DNA from: Candidatus Pacearchaeota archaeon
GTDB taxonomy: Archaea; Nanobdellota; Nanobdellia; Pacearchaeales; GW2011-AR1
Assembly (NCBI GenBank): GCA_050124795.1
Contig: JASFEO010000009.1
Coordinates: 1 to 46,218 of the forward strand
Reading direction: 5' to 3'
Length of the DNA stretch: 46,218 bases
Shown: piece by piece, positions 19,602 to 29,726 of the stretch
Layout: every line of letters starts with the position of its first letter
Position numbering within the stretch: position 1 is the first letter of the stretch
The notes under the pieces: generated by a model
What the model was told of the DNA's origin: nothing
The model's database searches: none
What the model saw: only the letters and a program-made list of their open reading frames with translations
Translations under genes and position numbers: made by a program

Positions 19602-20762
19602 ATGAAAACACCTATAGATTTTACGCTATCAGGCATTACCTTGACATCGGCTAATTATACTTTGACGACTTATGAGGCAGAGACATATAGATATTTGGAA
19701 GTGACTTCCGGAAGTGGTACTTATGCGATTGTTGCACCGAATGTTAAAGATATGAATTTTGTGGTGATAAATAAAGACTGGATAAATAATGCAACTATAA
19801 AAGTATCTGGCATGAATGGGTACGCAGTCACTAAGGATACTTCTATGAGGGTAAGATGTAATGGTACTGATTATGAGGCTTACAATGTGATGATTCCCGT
19901 TATAGCTTCTTATAGTCCATCAGCAAGTCCGAGCTCATCACTTAGTCCTTCATCTTCGGTAAGTCCGAGTTCATCATTGTCACCATCAAGTTCGGAATCC
20001 GCTTCAGAAAGTGCATCACTCTCAGCCAGCTCGAGTGCATCGGCTTCGGCTTCACCATCGGCTTCGGCTTCACCATCAAGTAGTGTATCTTCAAGCTTAA
20101 GTCCGTCAGCATCACTCAGCCCGAGCGCATCACTCTCACCGAGCTCATCAGAAAGTCCGAGCTTAAGTCCGAGCGCATCACTGTCGCCAAGTGCTTCACT
20201 TTCACCGTCAAGCTCAGAGTCTCCATCACTTAGCCCTTCTGCATCACTCTCACCGAGTTCATCAGAAAGTCCGAGTGCATCAGCAAGTCTGAGTCCGAGT
20301 GCATCATTGTCGCCGTCAGCTTCGATTAGCCCGAGTGCATCTATATCGCCGAGTTCTTCAGAAAGTCCAAGCTTGAGCCCAAGTGCATCATTGTCGCCTT
20401 CCAGTTCAGAGAGTCCGTCGCTGTCACCGAGTTCATCAGAGAGTCCTTCACTTTCACCTTCAAGCTCTGAGAGCCCGTCGGGGAGCGCATCACTTTCACC
20501 GAGTGCTTCACTTTCACCTTCAAGTTCTGAGAGTGCAAGCTTGTCTCCATCCAGCAGTGAATCGGCTTCAGCTTCGCCTTCCAGTTCGGAATCTGCTTCA
20601 TTGTCACCCAGTGCAAGCTTAAGCCCGTCAGCGTCATACTCGCCTTCCAGTTCGGCATCTGCTTCACTTAGCCCGAGTGCGAGTCTGTCACCTTCGGCCA
20701 GCTTGAGCCCGTCTGCATCGCTTAGTCCAAGTTCAAGTGTAAGCCCAAGTCCAAGCGAGTGA
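19602..20762 (+). CDS. Head-region protein with about 283-aa C-terminal (Ser-X)n Ser/Pro tract
   Basis: About 100-aa beta-rich N domain, then [12 protein letters not shown] repeats to the stop; GAAAGGA RBS. Confidence 0.8.
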   Translation: MKTPIDFTLSGITLTSANYTLTTYEAETYRYLEVTSGSGTYAIVAPNVKDMNFVVINKDWINNATIKVSGMNGYAVTKDTSMRVRCNGTDYEAYNVMIPVIASYSPSASPSSSLSPSSSVSPSSSLSPSSSESASESASLSASSSASASASPSASASPSSSVSSSLSPSASLSPSASLSPSSSESPSLSPSASLSPSASLSPSSSESPSLSPSASLSPSSSESPSASASLSPSASLSPSASISPSASISPSSSESPSLSPSASLSPSSSESPSLSPSSSESPSLSPSSSESPSGSASLSPSASLSPSSSESASLSPSSSESASASPSSSESASLSPSASLSPSASYSPSSSASASLSPSASLSPSASLSPSASLSPSSSVSPSPSE

Positions 20763-20890
20763 TATTAAATGCGTAAAATAACTGAAAAAGCAATACGAAA
20801 AGATGCAGAAAAAGAGATGTTTGAACTTAAAGATAAAAAGCCAGCTTTGCCAGTGATGGTGAGGCTGGCTGACTTTATAAGGAGAAAATT

Positions 20891-21460
20891 ATGCCAGTCG
20901 CAGACACGACAATAGTCACATTAGACGAGATGAGGTCGTTTTTAAATATCCCAGCTGCCCAGACGGGAAAAGATGACCTGCTAATAGGACTTCTGGATGC
21001 CTACAACGGCAAAATGGAAAATTATTTAGGTGTCACGATGATTAGTTCCACTTATTCTGAGATATATGACGGTAATGGTAAAGATTATATGTTCTTAAAG
21101 CACTACCCGATAAATTCAGTTACCTCCCTTTCCATAGATGATGAGGAAGTAGATTCTGATGATTTCTATGTCTATGGAGAAGAAGGATATATAAAACTTG
21201 ATAGTGATACTTTTACCACTACCGATTATCAGAATGTTGATATTGTCTATGTTGCAGGCTGGGGAGCGGCAAAAGCTAATGTTCCTAATGTGCTGAAAAA
21301 CGCATTAAAGACTTGGGTCATGAGAGTATTTAAAGCCGAAGTGATTGATTTTTCGACCAGATTTGATGAGTCCAGTCTGGCAAATATAAAAAGCCAAATG
21401 ATGCCTTGGGATATAAAGCAGGATTTAGATGATTACAGGTGCAGACATTGGGGTAGGTAA
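20891..21460 (+). CDS. Head-tail connector/adaptor (gp6/gp15-like)
   Basis: VTLDE.R.FL.I....DDLL..L...YLG; YP..SVTSL; Y.AGW....VP..LK.A. Confidence 0.8.
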   Translation: MPVADTTIVTLDEMRSFLNIPAAQTGKDDLLIGLLDAYNGKMENYLGVTMISSTYSEIYDGNGKDYMFLKHYPINSVTSLSIDDEEVDSDDFYVYGEEGYIKLDSDTFTTTDYQNVDIVYVAGWGAAKANVPNVLKNALKTWVMRVFKAEVIDFSTRFDESSLANIKSQMMPWDIKQDLDDYRCRHWGR

Positions 21461-21888
21461 TGCAATTAGGTATAAAAATTGAAGTGCCTCAAAAACTTAA
21501 AAGATTTATTTCAAGCCCAAATAAATATGTCACTGATGTAATGACCTCTGCTGATAATCAAGCCTTGGGACTCCTTAAAAGAGAAATATCTGCAGCAGCT
21601 CCAAAGAAAAGTGGCGCTCTTTCACGCTCAATAAAAGTCAGTCTGGCAAATAGAAAAATATATTCAATTCTAAATTATGCAAGAGCTATTGAGCTTGGTC
21701 ATTATGCAGAGCCAGCCCGTACCCCGAAAAGAATGTTTCTTAAATTCAGCGAGGCCGGCAAGGAAGTATTTATGAGATTTACCAGAAGTAAAAAACAGCC
21801 TTATTTCTTTAAGACATTGGAACAAAAAAGAAGAGATATAATTAAAATTTATCAAAAAGCATTTAGAAAATTATTGGAGAGTCTATGA
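21460..21888 (+). CDS. Neck/tail completion protein (HK97 gp10-like)
   Basis: APKKSGAL.RSI...YA.AIELGH...QPYF. Confidence 0.7.
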   Translation: MQLGIKIEVPQKLKRFISSPNKYVTDVMTSADNQALGLLKREISAAAPKKSGALSRSIKVSLANRKIYSILNYARAIELGHYAEPARTPKRMFLKFSEAGKEVFMRFTRSKKQPYFFKTLEQKRRDIIKIYQKAFRKLLESL

Positions 21889-22295
21889 GTAGCGTATCGG
21901 ATATAAAAGACCAGTTAGCCTCAATACTCGGTGAAGTAGATGGAATAAATAGGGCACTTGACTATATGCCGAGATTTTTTGATACAAACAATATGATAGG
22001 CATATTTTACGATGGTGCTACTTTTGAGCCTGCTGAACTGAGTTCACATTGGGCTCATTACAAATTTACAATAACTGCTTTTATTTATATGTTTGATGAG
22101 ACTTCAATACAGCAGACCCAGGAGACATTGGGGGAAGACTTACTTTCAGCTTTAAGGGCAAAACCATCTCTTAATCAGACCTGTCTTAAATACTCTATAG
22201 AGGAAATACGAAATGATTATGTCAGGGCTGGCAATGGTAATGTTTATGCGACTATTGAAATAACAATAGTGGCGGATAAGGAGGAGGATGATTGA
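21885..22295 (+). CDS. Putative tail terminator
   Basis: Size, acidity and position before the tail tube gene. Confidence 0.55.
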   Translation: MSSVSDIKDQLASILGEVDGINRALDYMPRFFDTNNMIGIFYDGATFEPAELSSHWAHYKFTITAFIYMFDETSIQQTQETLGEDLLSALRAKPSLNQTCLKYSIEEIRNDYVRAGNGNVYATIEITIVADKEEDD

Positions 22296-22477
22296 TGAAA
22301 ATCATAAGATATATAGGAGATGTTGAGATATATATTCCTGATTTTAAAAGGATAATCAATAAAGGCGACCTTGTACCTGAAATGTCCGAAAAGGAAGCGC
22401 ACGCAAGGAAAGACTTTATTGTGGAAAGAATAAAATTAAAAAATAAAAGGAGAAAAACGAAAAGGAGAAGGAAATGA
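22292..22477 (+). CDS. Small basic hypothetical protein
   Basis: AGGAGG RBS; overlaps both neighbours. Confidence 0.5.
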   Translation: MMKIIRYIGDVEIYIPDFKRIINKGDLVPEMSEKEAHARKDFIVERIKLKNKRRKTKRRRK

Positions 22478-23580
22478 CAGGATATAGGAGTTCAAAAGGT
22501 TATGTCGGGTTTGCTTCACAAATAGATCAGACAACCGATACTGCTCCTGTTACTTTTGTCAGGCTTGCTTCTGAAGAATCACTTGAACAGGTACAGGATG
22601 TGATGGAAAACAGGACTCTCAATGCGGATAGGGAACTTGACGAGATACTTAAAGTCACCCACAGACCCGGAGGTTCTTTTCAGACTTATGCAAGACCTGG
22701 TAATGGTGGCGAGATTCTCGCCTATACTTTAGGCGCGGATGCAGTCACCGAAGGTGCAGGTGCAGTATATACACATACGATAACAAGAGCTGATACGATA
22801 CCTTGGCTTACAATAGAGCGTAAACTTGACAATGTTGAGAGGTTTATAGGTTGTAAGATAAATCAGTTAGTTATAACTGGTAATACCGCACAGCCGATAC
22901 TTCTGGACGTTAATTTTATGGCCTGTGATGCCGAAATACAATCTTCATCTACCACCGCTTCTTATGAGACAGATGAGCCGTTTATGTTCCACGATGGCAC
23001 TTATACTCTTGACAGCGGAACTATCACTACCATATCTAACTTTGTTATTACCATAAATAATAATCTGGAAGCAATACAGACCACGACATATAAGCCAAAT
23101 ACATTACTGGAAGGTCCATTTGATGTTGATGTCACAATGAGACTTAAATTTACTGAAAATGATTCGCTTTACGGTAAGATACTTTTTGGTGATTCAACTG
23201 CACTTACAGACGCACTCGCAACGGGAGATTTTACTGTTGATTGCAGTTATGGGAGCGGTTCTTCTGCAAGGGAATTTAAGATTGCAATACCCGAACTTAC
23301 ATACCTGAGTTGTGCAAAGCATCTTGACCCAGTTACAAAAGCTGTATATCTTGATGTTCACAGTAAAGCTACAAAGAGTACATCAGAGATAGTCACAGGT
23401 ACAATCAAGAATGACCAATCAGTTGACTGGGTAAGCCCATCGGCAAGTGTATCACCAAGTGCAAGCGCATCACCATCTTCAAGCGAAAGTTCTTCGCCTT
23501 CAGCATCAAGCTCGCCGAGTTCCAGCACTTCACCTTCAAGCAGTGCTTCACCGAGTCCATCATCCAGTCCAAGCGCATAA
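22474..23580 (+). CDS. Major tail tube protein with 48-aa Ser/Pro C-terminal tail
   Basis: YTHTIT...P.LTIE...F.GCKINQL.I...F.ITINNNLE tube-like motifs; position before chaperone and TMP. Confidence 0.82.
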   Translation: MTGYRSSKGYVGFASQIDQTTDTAPVTFVRLASEESLEQVQDVMENRTLNADRELDEILKVTHRPGGSFQTYARPGNGGEILAYTLGADAVTEGAGAVYTHTITRADTIPWLTIERKLDNVERFIGCKINQLVITGNTAQPILLDVNFMACDAEIQSSSTTASYETDEPFMFHDGTYTLDSGTITTISNFVITINNNLEAIQTTTYKPNTLLEGPFDVDVTMRLKFTENDSLYGKILFGDSTALTDALATGDFTVDCSYGSGSSAREFKIAIPELTYLSCAKHLDPVTKAVYLDVHSKATKSTSEIVTGTIKNDQSVDWVSPSASVSPSASASPSSSESSSPSASSSPSSSTSPSSSASPSPSSSPSA

Positions 23581-23589
23581 GGTTACAAT

Positions 23590-23949
23590 ATGGATAAAAA
23601 AATAGATTTAACTGGTTTTATCAATGAAGAAATAGAACTTGTAATAGATGATATGGTCTTCAATATACTTACTGACCCCGATGTTGAAAGCTGGGTATTT
23701 TTGATGAATCTTCTATCAGGGAAATTCAAACCAGAAGAATACATAGAAGCCCAGAGAAAATTGGTCATATCACTCATAGTAAATAATAACAAAAATGTAG
23801 ACATAACTAAACTAAAGAAGAAGCTTGGCTCAACCGCACTGGAACAGTTCATAACGCAGTATACAAATATACTTGTAGAAAAAGGTGTATTAAAAAAAGT
23901 TCTACCTCCCAAAAGGGAGGCAAAGAAGAAGAAAAACCATTTAAAATAA
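23590..23949 (+). CDS. Tail assembly chaperone (gpG-like)
   Basis: Between tube and TMP; contains slippery A-AAA-AAA at 23892-23898. Confidence 0.75.
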   Translation: MDKKIDLTGFINEEIELVIDDMVFNILTDPDVESWVFLMNLLSGKFKPEEYIEAQRKLVISLIVNNNKNVDITKLKKKLGSTALEQFITQYTNILVEKGVLKKVLPPKREAKKKKNHLK

Positions 23950-24179
23950 TAGATTTATTTGCTCAATTTCTAAAGTTTTTCGGCAAAGAATATGAAGAAA
24001 TCAAACATATCCCCATAAGTAGATTATGGGGATATTTTGATTATATGAAACATTATTTTGAATCTCAAGAAGAGCTTATGGATGAGCAGAAAAGAAAATT
24101 CAAAAAAGTCCAGGATGCTGACTGGGGAGATGAAGTAAAAGAATTAAAAAGGAAATTAAATGGCAGAAGAAAAAATTAG
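23892..24179 (+). CDS. -1 frameshift extension of the tail chaperone (gpT-like segment)
   Basis: The -1 frame is open from the slippery site to TAG 24177-79, overlapping the TMP start. Confidence 0.7.
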   Translation, partial: KKSSTSQKGGKEEEKPFKIIDLFAQFLKFFGKEYEEIKHIPISRLWGYFDYMKHYFESQEELMDEQKRKFKKVQDADWGDEVKELKRKLNGRRKN

Positions 24180-26445
24180 AATTGTAATAACTGGAGATAG
24201 CAGTAGTGTCAAAAAAGCTTTTGGGGAAGTAGACAAATCTGTAAAGACTACTGAAGATAAATTCAGGCGTGCTGCACAAACTATGACCTCGCTTGGCACT
24301 AAACTATCCATAGCTGTCACAGCCCCGCTTGTCCTTATAGGTAAAAAATCACTTGATATGGCAATGGATGTTGTTGAAAGTGAAAACTTATTTGAAGTAT
24401 CGCTTGGTAAGATGGCAGATGCTGCGCGTGATTGGAGTAGGGCATTTTCCGAAAGCGTAGGATTAAACGAGTATGAAGTAAGAAAACAGGTAGGTACTTT
24501 TGATGTAATGCTTAAATCAATGGGATTGACCGAGGAAGCTGCATACGATATGTCAAAGAGCATGACAGAGCTTGCATACGATATGGCTTCATTTTATAAC
24601 CTCAGGCCAGAAGAAGCATTTGATAAATTAAAGTCAGGCATAGTGGGTATGCCGAGACCTTTGCAGGATTTAGGTATTGTAGTAAATGAGACAGCGGTTC
24701 AGATGTATGCTTTAAAACAGGGGATTATAGAAGAAGGCGAGGTAATGACCGAATCCCAGAAGATAATGGCTCGTTATGGTGCTATTATGGAACGTACTTC
24801 TGATGCACAAGGGGATATGGCAAGGACTTTGGAAAGCCCTGCAAACCAGATGCGTATATTTAAGGAACAGGTAAATCTTGCAATGATAGAACTTGGTAAG
24901 AGTCTGATACCCGTTATGCAAAAATTTATAGATATGGTCAAGCCCTGGGTTGAGAAGTTTAAAGATTTAAATGATGAACAAAAAAAGTGGATAACAATTT
25001 TGGGTCTTATTGCTGCTGGTATAGGCCCAGCATTATTACTCATTGGTTCAATGACAAAAGCTGTGCTTACTTTGAGAACGGCTTTTGCATCTCTAAGTAC
25101 TACTGCTAAAGGTGCTATTGGTACTGGTGGTTGGATTGCTGCTACTATAGTTGCCTCATATTTATTGAATAAATATTTCATAGGTTTAACTGATACTTTA
25201 AGAGAAACAAATACATGGTGGTCAAGATTATCAAAGACAGCTATAGAAAATACCTTTATTATAGCCGGTGCTAAAAGTAGATTTGATGAACTTAAAATAG
25301 CAATAAGAGCTAAAAATGAATTATCTAAAGAGGAAATTGCCACAATAAGAGACCAATCAAGATATTATGATGAGTTTATCACAAATCTTGAAAAAGCCCT
25401 TGGTGTTATAGGTAAAAGAGGATTAGATAATACTATGATAGGAGCTACAATAGCATTATCTAATACTATGGAAGATTATGCAGATATGACTACTGAAGCC
25501 AAGATTGCAACCGTAGATAATGAAAGTGCTATTAAGTCTTTAATGGAACAATATGGACTTACAAGAGAGGAAGCTGAAAAATATGCGGAAGCACAGGGAT
25601 TATTAAAAGAGGAAATAGAAGAAACTACCGAAGCAGTTGATGACCTTAGAAGTGCTTTCAATGATTTAATGGATACTTTATTTGATGCTATCGATGCTAC
25701 AAATAATTTACAGGAATCAGAGATTGGATTAAGAGAGGCAAAAGAAGAAGTAAATAAATTATTGAAAGAAGGCAAAGAAGGTACTGATGAATATATAAAA
25801 TCCGAAAATGAACTTGACGATGCCTATAAAGATACACTGGAAGATTTGTATCAGGTCTATACTTCACTTCTTACCACAAATGAAGAAAAAGAAAACGCTA
25901 AAAAAAGAGCAATGGAACTTGCAGAAGAATATGTTAATCTGGGTAGAATAGGAGCTGACCAATTTGCCCAGCTTGCGATGAAATTTGGTTTTTCTGCAGA
26001 TGAAATAATGGACAAAGCCAGAGTCATGGGTATTAAACTTGATGATGCTTTTAGGGCAAGAACTATTACAGCAAGATTGGAAGCTCCAGGGTTAAGCGCA
26101 AAAGTAAGTAGTATAATAAGTCAGTTAGATAGAATACCGAGAAGCATTACTACAGGATGGAGTACTGGTACAAGTTTAGAACAGTCAGGCGGTCTCATGA
26201 AAGCAAATACATTTTCATCCGACCTAAACATTCCCCTTTACAAAGGTGAAGCAGTACTGCCAGCTGGTTTAGTAAGGGCAATAAAAGAAGGTAGGGGCAG
26301 TTTTGCAGGAGTCGAAGGAAAGGGCGGTACAGGAATTATAAATAATTTTAATATATCGGAACTTATAGTAAGAGAAGAAGCTGACCTAAAAAGGATCGCA
26401 GACCAGCTTTATGACATGCAACAAGTAAGAGGCAGGTTAACATGA
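24160..26445 (+). CDS. Tape measure protein
   Basis: 761 aa, helical; IRIVITGD start, LA.DMASFYN, AQGD.ART..S.ANQ.R, central hydrophobic segment. Confidence 0.92.
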   Translation: MAEEKIRIVITGDSSSVKKAFGEVDKSVKTTEDKFRRAAQTMTSLGTKLSIAVTAPLVLIGKKSLDMAMDVVESENLFEVSLGKMADAARDWSRAFSESVGLNEYEVRKQVGTFDVMLKSMGLTEEAAYDMSKSMTELAYDMASFYNLRPEEAFDKLKSGIVGMPRPLQDLGIVVNETAVQMYALKQGIIEEGEVMTESQKIMARYGAIMERTSDAQGDMARTLESPANQMRIFKEQVNLAMIELGKSLIPVMQKFIDMVKPWVEKFKDLNDEQKKWITILGLIAAGIGPALLLIGSMTKAVLTLRTAFASLSTTAKGAIGTGGWIAATIVASYLLNKYFIGLTDTLRETNTWWSRLSKTAIENTFIIAGAKSRFDELKIAIRAKNELSKEEIATIRDQSRYYDEFITNLEKALGVIGKRGLDNTMIGATIALSNTMEDYADMTTEAKIATVDNESAIKSLMEQYGLTREEAEKYAEAQGLLKEEIEETTEAVDDLRSAFNDLMDTLFDAIDATNNLQESEIGLREAKEEVNKLLKEGKEGTDEYIKSENELDDAYKDTLEDLYQVYTSLLTTNEEKENAKKRAMELAEEYVNLGRIGADQFAQLAMKFGFSADEIMDKARVMGIKLDDAFRARTITARLEAPGLSAKVSSIISQLDRIPRSITTGWSTGTSLEQSGGLMKANTFSSDLNIPLYKGEAVLPAGLVRAIKEGRGSFAGVEGKGGTGIINNFNISELIVREEADLKRIADQLYDMQQVRGRLT

Positions 26446-27227
26446 GTTTAGATTTTAGTCTTAATGGTACAGATGCATCCGATAAGGGATTTACCACCCA
26501 TAATGTTTATAAGGATATACTTGACCAGCAGAGACGGTATAGTTTAGACCCGCCCGACAGGGATGGCGAGATTGAAGTAGGTAAAAAATTTCCGCCACGC
26601 ATTATAAAAGTTGAAGGCAGGCTCGTAGGTACAAGCTATTCAAATCTTGTTACCTCAATAATACCTGCATTTTCTTCTTATCTTTATAATGACAATGATG
26701 TCCAGCTAATATTTTCCGATGAGACTGATAGATATTTTAATGCACAGGTAAATAAAGTAACGATAAGGGGATATTATTCTGCCTGGAGACTGCTTGACAT
26801 TGAATTTATATGTAATGACCCATTTGCTTATGATACTACCGCAGATACCGATACACAATCAAGCATCACCGTAGATGACACTACTTACAATGTCACAAAC
26901 AGCGGTCATTATTACACTTATCCAGTTATTACAATAACTTTTAATCAAGCACAGACCCATATTTACATTCAAAATAATACTGTTTCGGGTAACAGGTTCG
27001 ATATAACTAAGAATTTCAATATTGCAGATGAACTGGAAGTTGACTGTAAGAATATGACAATAAAGTTAAATGGCTCTCATTCCCCATCAGGTTTTGGTGA
27101 TGGCGGTGATGAGGATGCTGAGATGATTGTATTTGCTACTGGAGTCAATGAGATACAGGTAGGTACAGATGATGCTTCAATAGATGTGGATATAGAAATG
27201 ATATGGAGAAAGGTTTATTTATCTTAA
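26442..27227 (+). CDS. Distal tail protein (Dit)
   Basis: F.LNG...R.I.V.G...LIFSDE.DRYF.A...F.C.DPFAY...N.G....PVITI; follows TMP. Confidence 0.85.
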   Translation: MSLDFSLNGTDASDKGFTTHNVYKDILDQQRRYSLDPPDRDGEIEVGKKFPPRIIKVEGRLVGTSYSNLVTSIIPAFSSYLYNDNDVQLIFSDETDRYFNAQVNKVTIRGYYSAWRLLDIEFICNDPFAYDTTADTDTQSSITVDDTTYNVTNSGHYYTYPVITITFNQAQTHIYIQNNTVSGNRFDITKNFNIADELEVDCKNMTIKLNGSHSPSGFGDGGDEDAEMIVFATGVNEIQVGTDDASIDVDIEMIWRKVYLS

Positions 27228-28196
27228 ATGGTACAGATTATAGATAGTTATAGCGAAAGTAATATGGATTATGCAGGTTCTAAATTTGAACTTGAATCTG
27301 AAGCTTTGGGTCAATCTTTTACCGGTGATGGTAGCGTATTACATAGTACTGTTTTTTATTTAAAAAAGGTCGGTTCTCCTACTGGAAATATACACGCATA
27401 TATTTATGCACATTCAGGTACTTATGGTACATCATCTTTACCGATTGGTTCTGCTCTTGCAACTTCTGATGCTGTTGATGTAACGACAATAGATACAGAT
27501 TATGAACTTGTAGAATTTACATTTAGCGGTGCAGATAAAATCACTTTGGAAAATGAGACTTATTATGTTTTAGTCATTGAGGGAGTAGGGACAGATGTAG
27601 ATAATTGCATCTTTTATACAATGGATACTTCTTCACCGACCCATGATGGCAATTTTTGTTCCTATGTGGGTGGTTTAGAATGGACTGCATTTTCTGCTAA
27701 TGATTTAATATTTTATGTTTATGGAGATGAATCTTCACCCTCTCCATCCGAGAGTCCTTCTCTATCGCCTTCAGCATCATTGTCTCCTTCTGCTTCCGAA
27801 AGTGCGAGTGAGTCTCCAAGCTTATCACCTTCAGCCAGTTTATCGCCATCAGCATCACCTTCTTCTTCTGAGAGCCCTTCACTTTCTCCATCTGCAAGTT
27901 TGTCGCCGTCAAGTTCAGAATCACCAAGTCTTAGCCCTTCAGCATCTCTGTCACCCTCAAGCTCGGAATCACCATCTATAAGCCCTTCAGCATCAGAATC
28001 AGCATCTTTATCGCCATCAGCCAGTTTAAGTCCTTCTGCTTCCGAAAGTGCGAGTGAGTCTCCAAGCTTATCACCTTCAGCCAGTTTATCGCCATCTTCA
28101 TCAGAATCAGCTTCGGCAAGCCCTTCCCCATCTGCTTCACCTTCTCCAGCATGGCATCAAAGACCGCCAATAGTAATCATAAGGGGAAAGGCATGA
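27228..28196 (+). CDS. Tail-region protein: beta-sandwich N domain plus about 139-aa Ser/Pro tract
   Basis: GQSFTG...FYLKKVGSPTG...F.FS....L....YYVLV, then SX repeats 27732-28148. Confidence 0.75.
   Translation: MVQIIDSYSESNMDYAGSKFELESEALGQSFTGDGSVLHSTVFYLKKVGSPTGNIHAYIYAHSGTYGTSSLPIGSALATSDAVDVTTIDTDYELVEFTFSGADKITLENETYYVLVIEGVGTDVDNCIFYTMDTSSPTHDGNFCSYVGGLEWTAFSANDLIFYVYGDESSPSPSESPSLSPSASLSPSASESASESPSLSPSASLSPSASPSSSESPSLSPSASLSPSSSESPSLSPSASLSPSSSESPSISPSASESASLSPSASLSPSASESASESPSLSPSASLSPSSSESASASPSPSASPSPAWHQRPPIVIIRGKA
27785..28096 (+). repeat. Exact 66-bp direct repeat (27785-27850 and 28031-28096) within a Ser/Pro tract
   Basis: TCCTTCTGCTTCCGAAAGTGCGAGTGAGTCTCC...TATCGCCATC present twice. 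Confidence 0.9.
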
Positions 28197-29110
28197 TAAG
28201 TATAGCAATACCAAGCCGAAATGAGATATTTCTAAAAAAGACTGTCGAAGATATACTTGAAAAATCAATCGGGGATATTGAAGTATATCCTATTTTGGAC
28301 GGATACGATATTCCAAAAGATGAAGTAGTGGAAGATGATAGAGTCAAATATATAAGATTACCTAAAAACTACCATACGCAGAAAAGACAGGCAATAAACC
28401 TTGTAGCGTCAGTATGTAATGGTGATTATATAATGAGCTTGGATGCACACTGTATGCTTGACTATGGATGGGACGAGATAATTGTAAAGGATTTAGAAGA
28501 AGACTGGATTGCAATACCCAGACGCAATAGGCTTGACGCGGAGAATTGGTGCATACAAAAACAATGCGATGACCGACCGCCGATTGATTATGAATATCTT
28601 ATGTGGCCTGTAAAGTTTAAGCCAATGGGATTTCATGGTTTTAAGTGGGATGATAGGACACTTGAAAGAGAGGATATAAAAATAGATGACACGATAACCT
28701 GTCAGGCTTCAATGTGGGTAATGCATAAAAGCTGGTATAAAAAGAATGAATTTATGCAGATAAAAGGATTTACTGGATGGGGTATGGAAGCTGAAGAACT
28801 TTGTTTTAAAACATGGATGCGCGGTGGCAGGGTGATAACGAATAAGAATACCCGGTATGCACATCTGCACAAAGGCAGAGAATACGGCAGGATGTATTTT
28901 CTCCCCAAAAAGGATACAAGGAAGTGTAATGCCTATGCTTTTGATTATTTTGTAAATAACAGGGATAAAAAAAGGATACATGATTTTAGCTGGCTCATTG
29001 AAAAGTTTATGCCAATGCCTAACTGGCCTGAAGATTGGGAAAATCAGTTATACAGCAAAAAAGTACAGGATATAATAAAACAACAGCTTATAGATTATCC
29101 AATTGAATAA
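28193..29110 (+). CDS. GT-A glycosyltransferase with polypeptide-GalNAc-transferase-like motifs
   Basis: SIAIPSRNE, LDG, LDAHC...GW, WGMEAEELCFKTWMRGG, YAHLHK; ATG 28193 overlaps the upstream stop (ATGA). Confidence 0.88.
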   Translation: MISIAIPSRNEIFLKKTVEDILEKSIGDIEVYPILDGYDIPKDEVVEDDRVKYIRLPKNYHTQKRQAINLVASVCNGDYIMSLDAHCMLDYGWDEIIVKDLEEDWIAIPRRNRLDAENWCIQKQCDDRPPIDYEYLMWPVKFKPMGFHGFKWDDRTLEREDIKIDDTITCQASMWVMHKSWYKKNEFMQIKGFTGWGMEAEELCFKTWMRGGRVITNKNTRYAHLHKGREYGRMYFLPKKDTRKCNAYAFDYFVNNRDKKRIHDFSWLIEKFMPMPNWPEDWENQLYSKKVQDIIKQQLIDYPIE

Positions 29111-29726
29111 GACTTTAGAATATATAATAAAAAAATATAAGATAGATTTAAATAAGAGGTCTCCGTTTAATATAGACTGCGGCAGATGGGAAAAGCTCCC
29201 TAAACTTTTTAAGGAACTTAAATTTAAGGTCGGTGCAGAAATAGGAGTCCTTAAGGGTCAGTATTCGGAATTACTATGCAAGACTATACCGGGACTTAAG
29301 ATGTACTGCATAGACAAATGGAAGAAATACCCTACTTATAGGGATTTCAGAAGCCAGGATACACTTGACGAATACGAGCGGGTAGCAAGAAAAGTACTGG
29401 CAAGATATGACTGTATAATAATGAAAGCATGGAGCATGGATGCGGTCAAGGTCATTGATGACAGCAGTCTTGATTTTGTCTGGATTGATGCAAACCATGA
29501 ATTTCAGCAGGTTACAAACGATATAGCGGAATGGTCAAAAAAAGTAAGACCTGGCGGTATAGTTGCAGGACATGATTTTTTTAGGAGTGCTAATAGTAAG
29601 CTATATGTTCAGGTAAAAGACGTTGTGCAGGGCTGGACATACGCTTATGGTATTCATCCCTGGTTTGTATTAAAGGATGAACGTACAGTGTCAAGGGGAA
29701 TAAGCTGGATGTGGGTAAAAGAATGA
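29103..29726 (+). CDS. Class I SAM-dependent methyltransferase (Methyltransf_24-like)
   Basis: GAEIGV..G, LDFVWIDANH, PGGIVAGHDF. Confidence 0.88.
   Translation: MNKTLEYIIKKYKIDLNKRSPFNIDCGRWEKLPKLFKELKFKVGAEIGVLKGQYSELLCKTIPGLKMYCIDKWKKYPTYRDFRSQDTLDEYERVARKVLARYDCIIMKAWSMDAVKVIDDSSLDFVWIDANHEFQQVTNDIAEWSKKVRPGGIVAGHDFFRSANSKLYVQVKDVVQGWTYAYGIHPWFVLKDERTVSRGISWMWVKE

Noticed and set aside
19908-20759. CRISPR array or DGR template/variable repeat
   Set aside because: The repeats are degenerate in-frame codon repeats without spacers; no reverse transcriptase or adenine-specific variant pair was seen.
24156-25775. Long minus-strand ORFs opposite TMP (also opposite portal and capsid)
   Set aside because: Antisense shadows of well-supported genes with no recognisable motifs.
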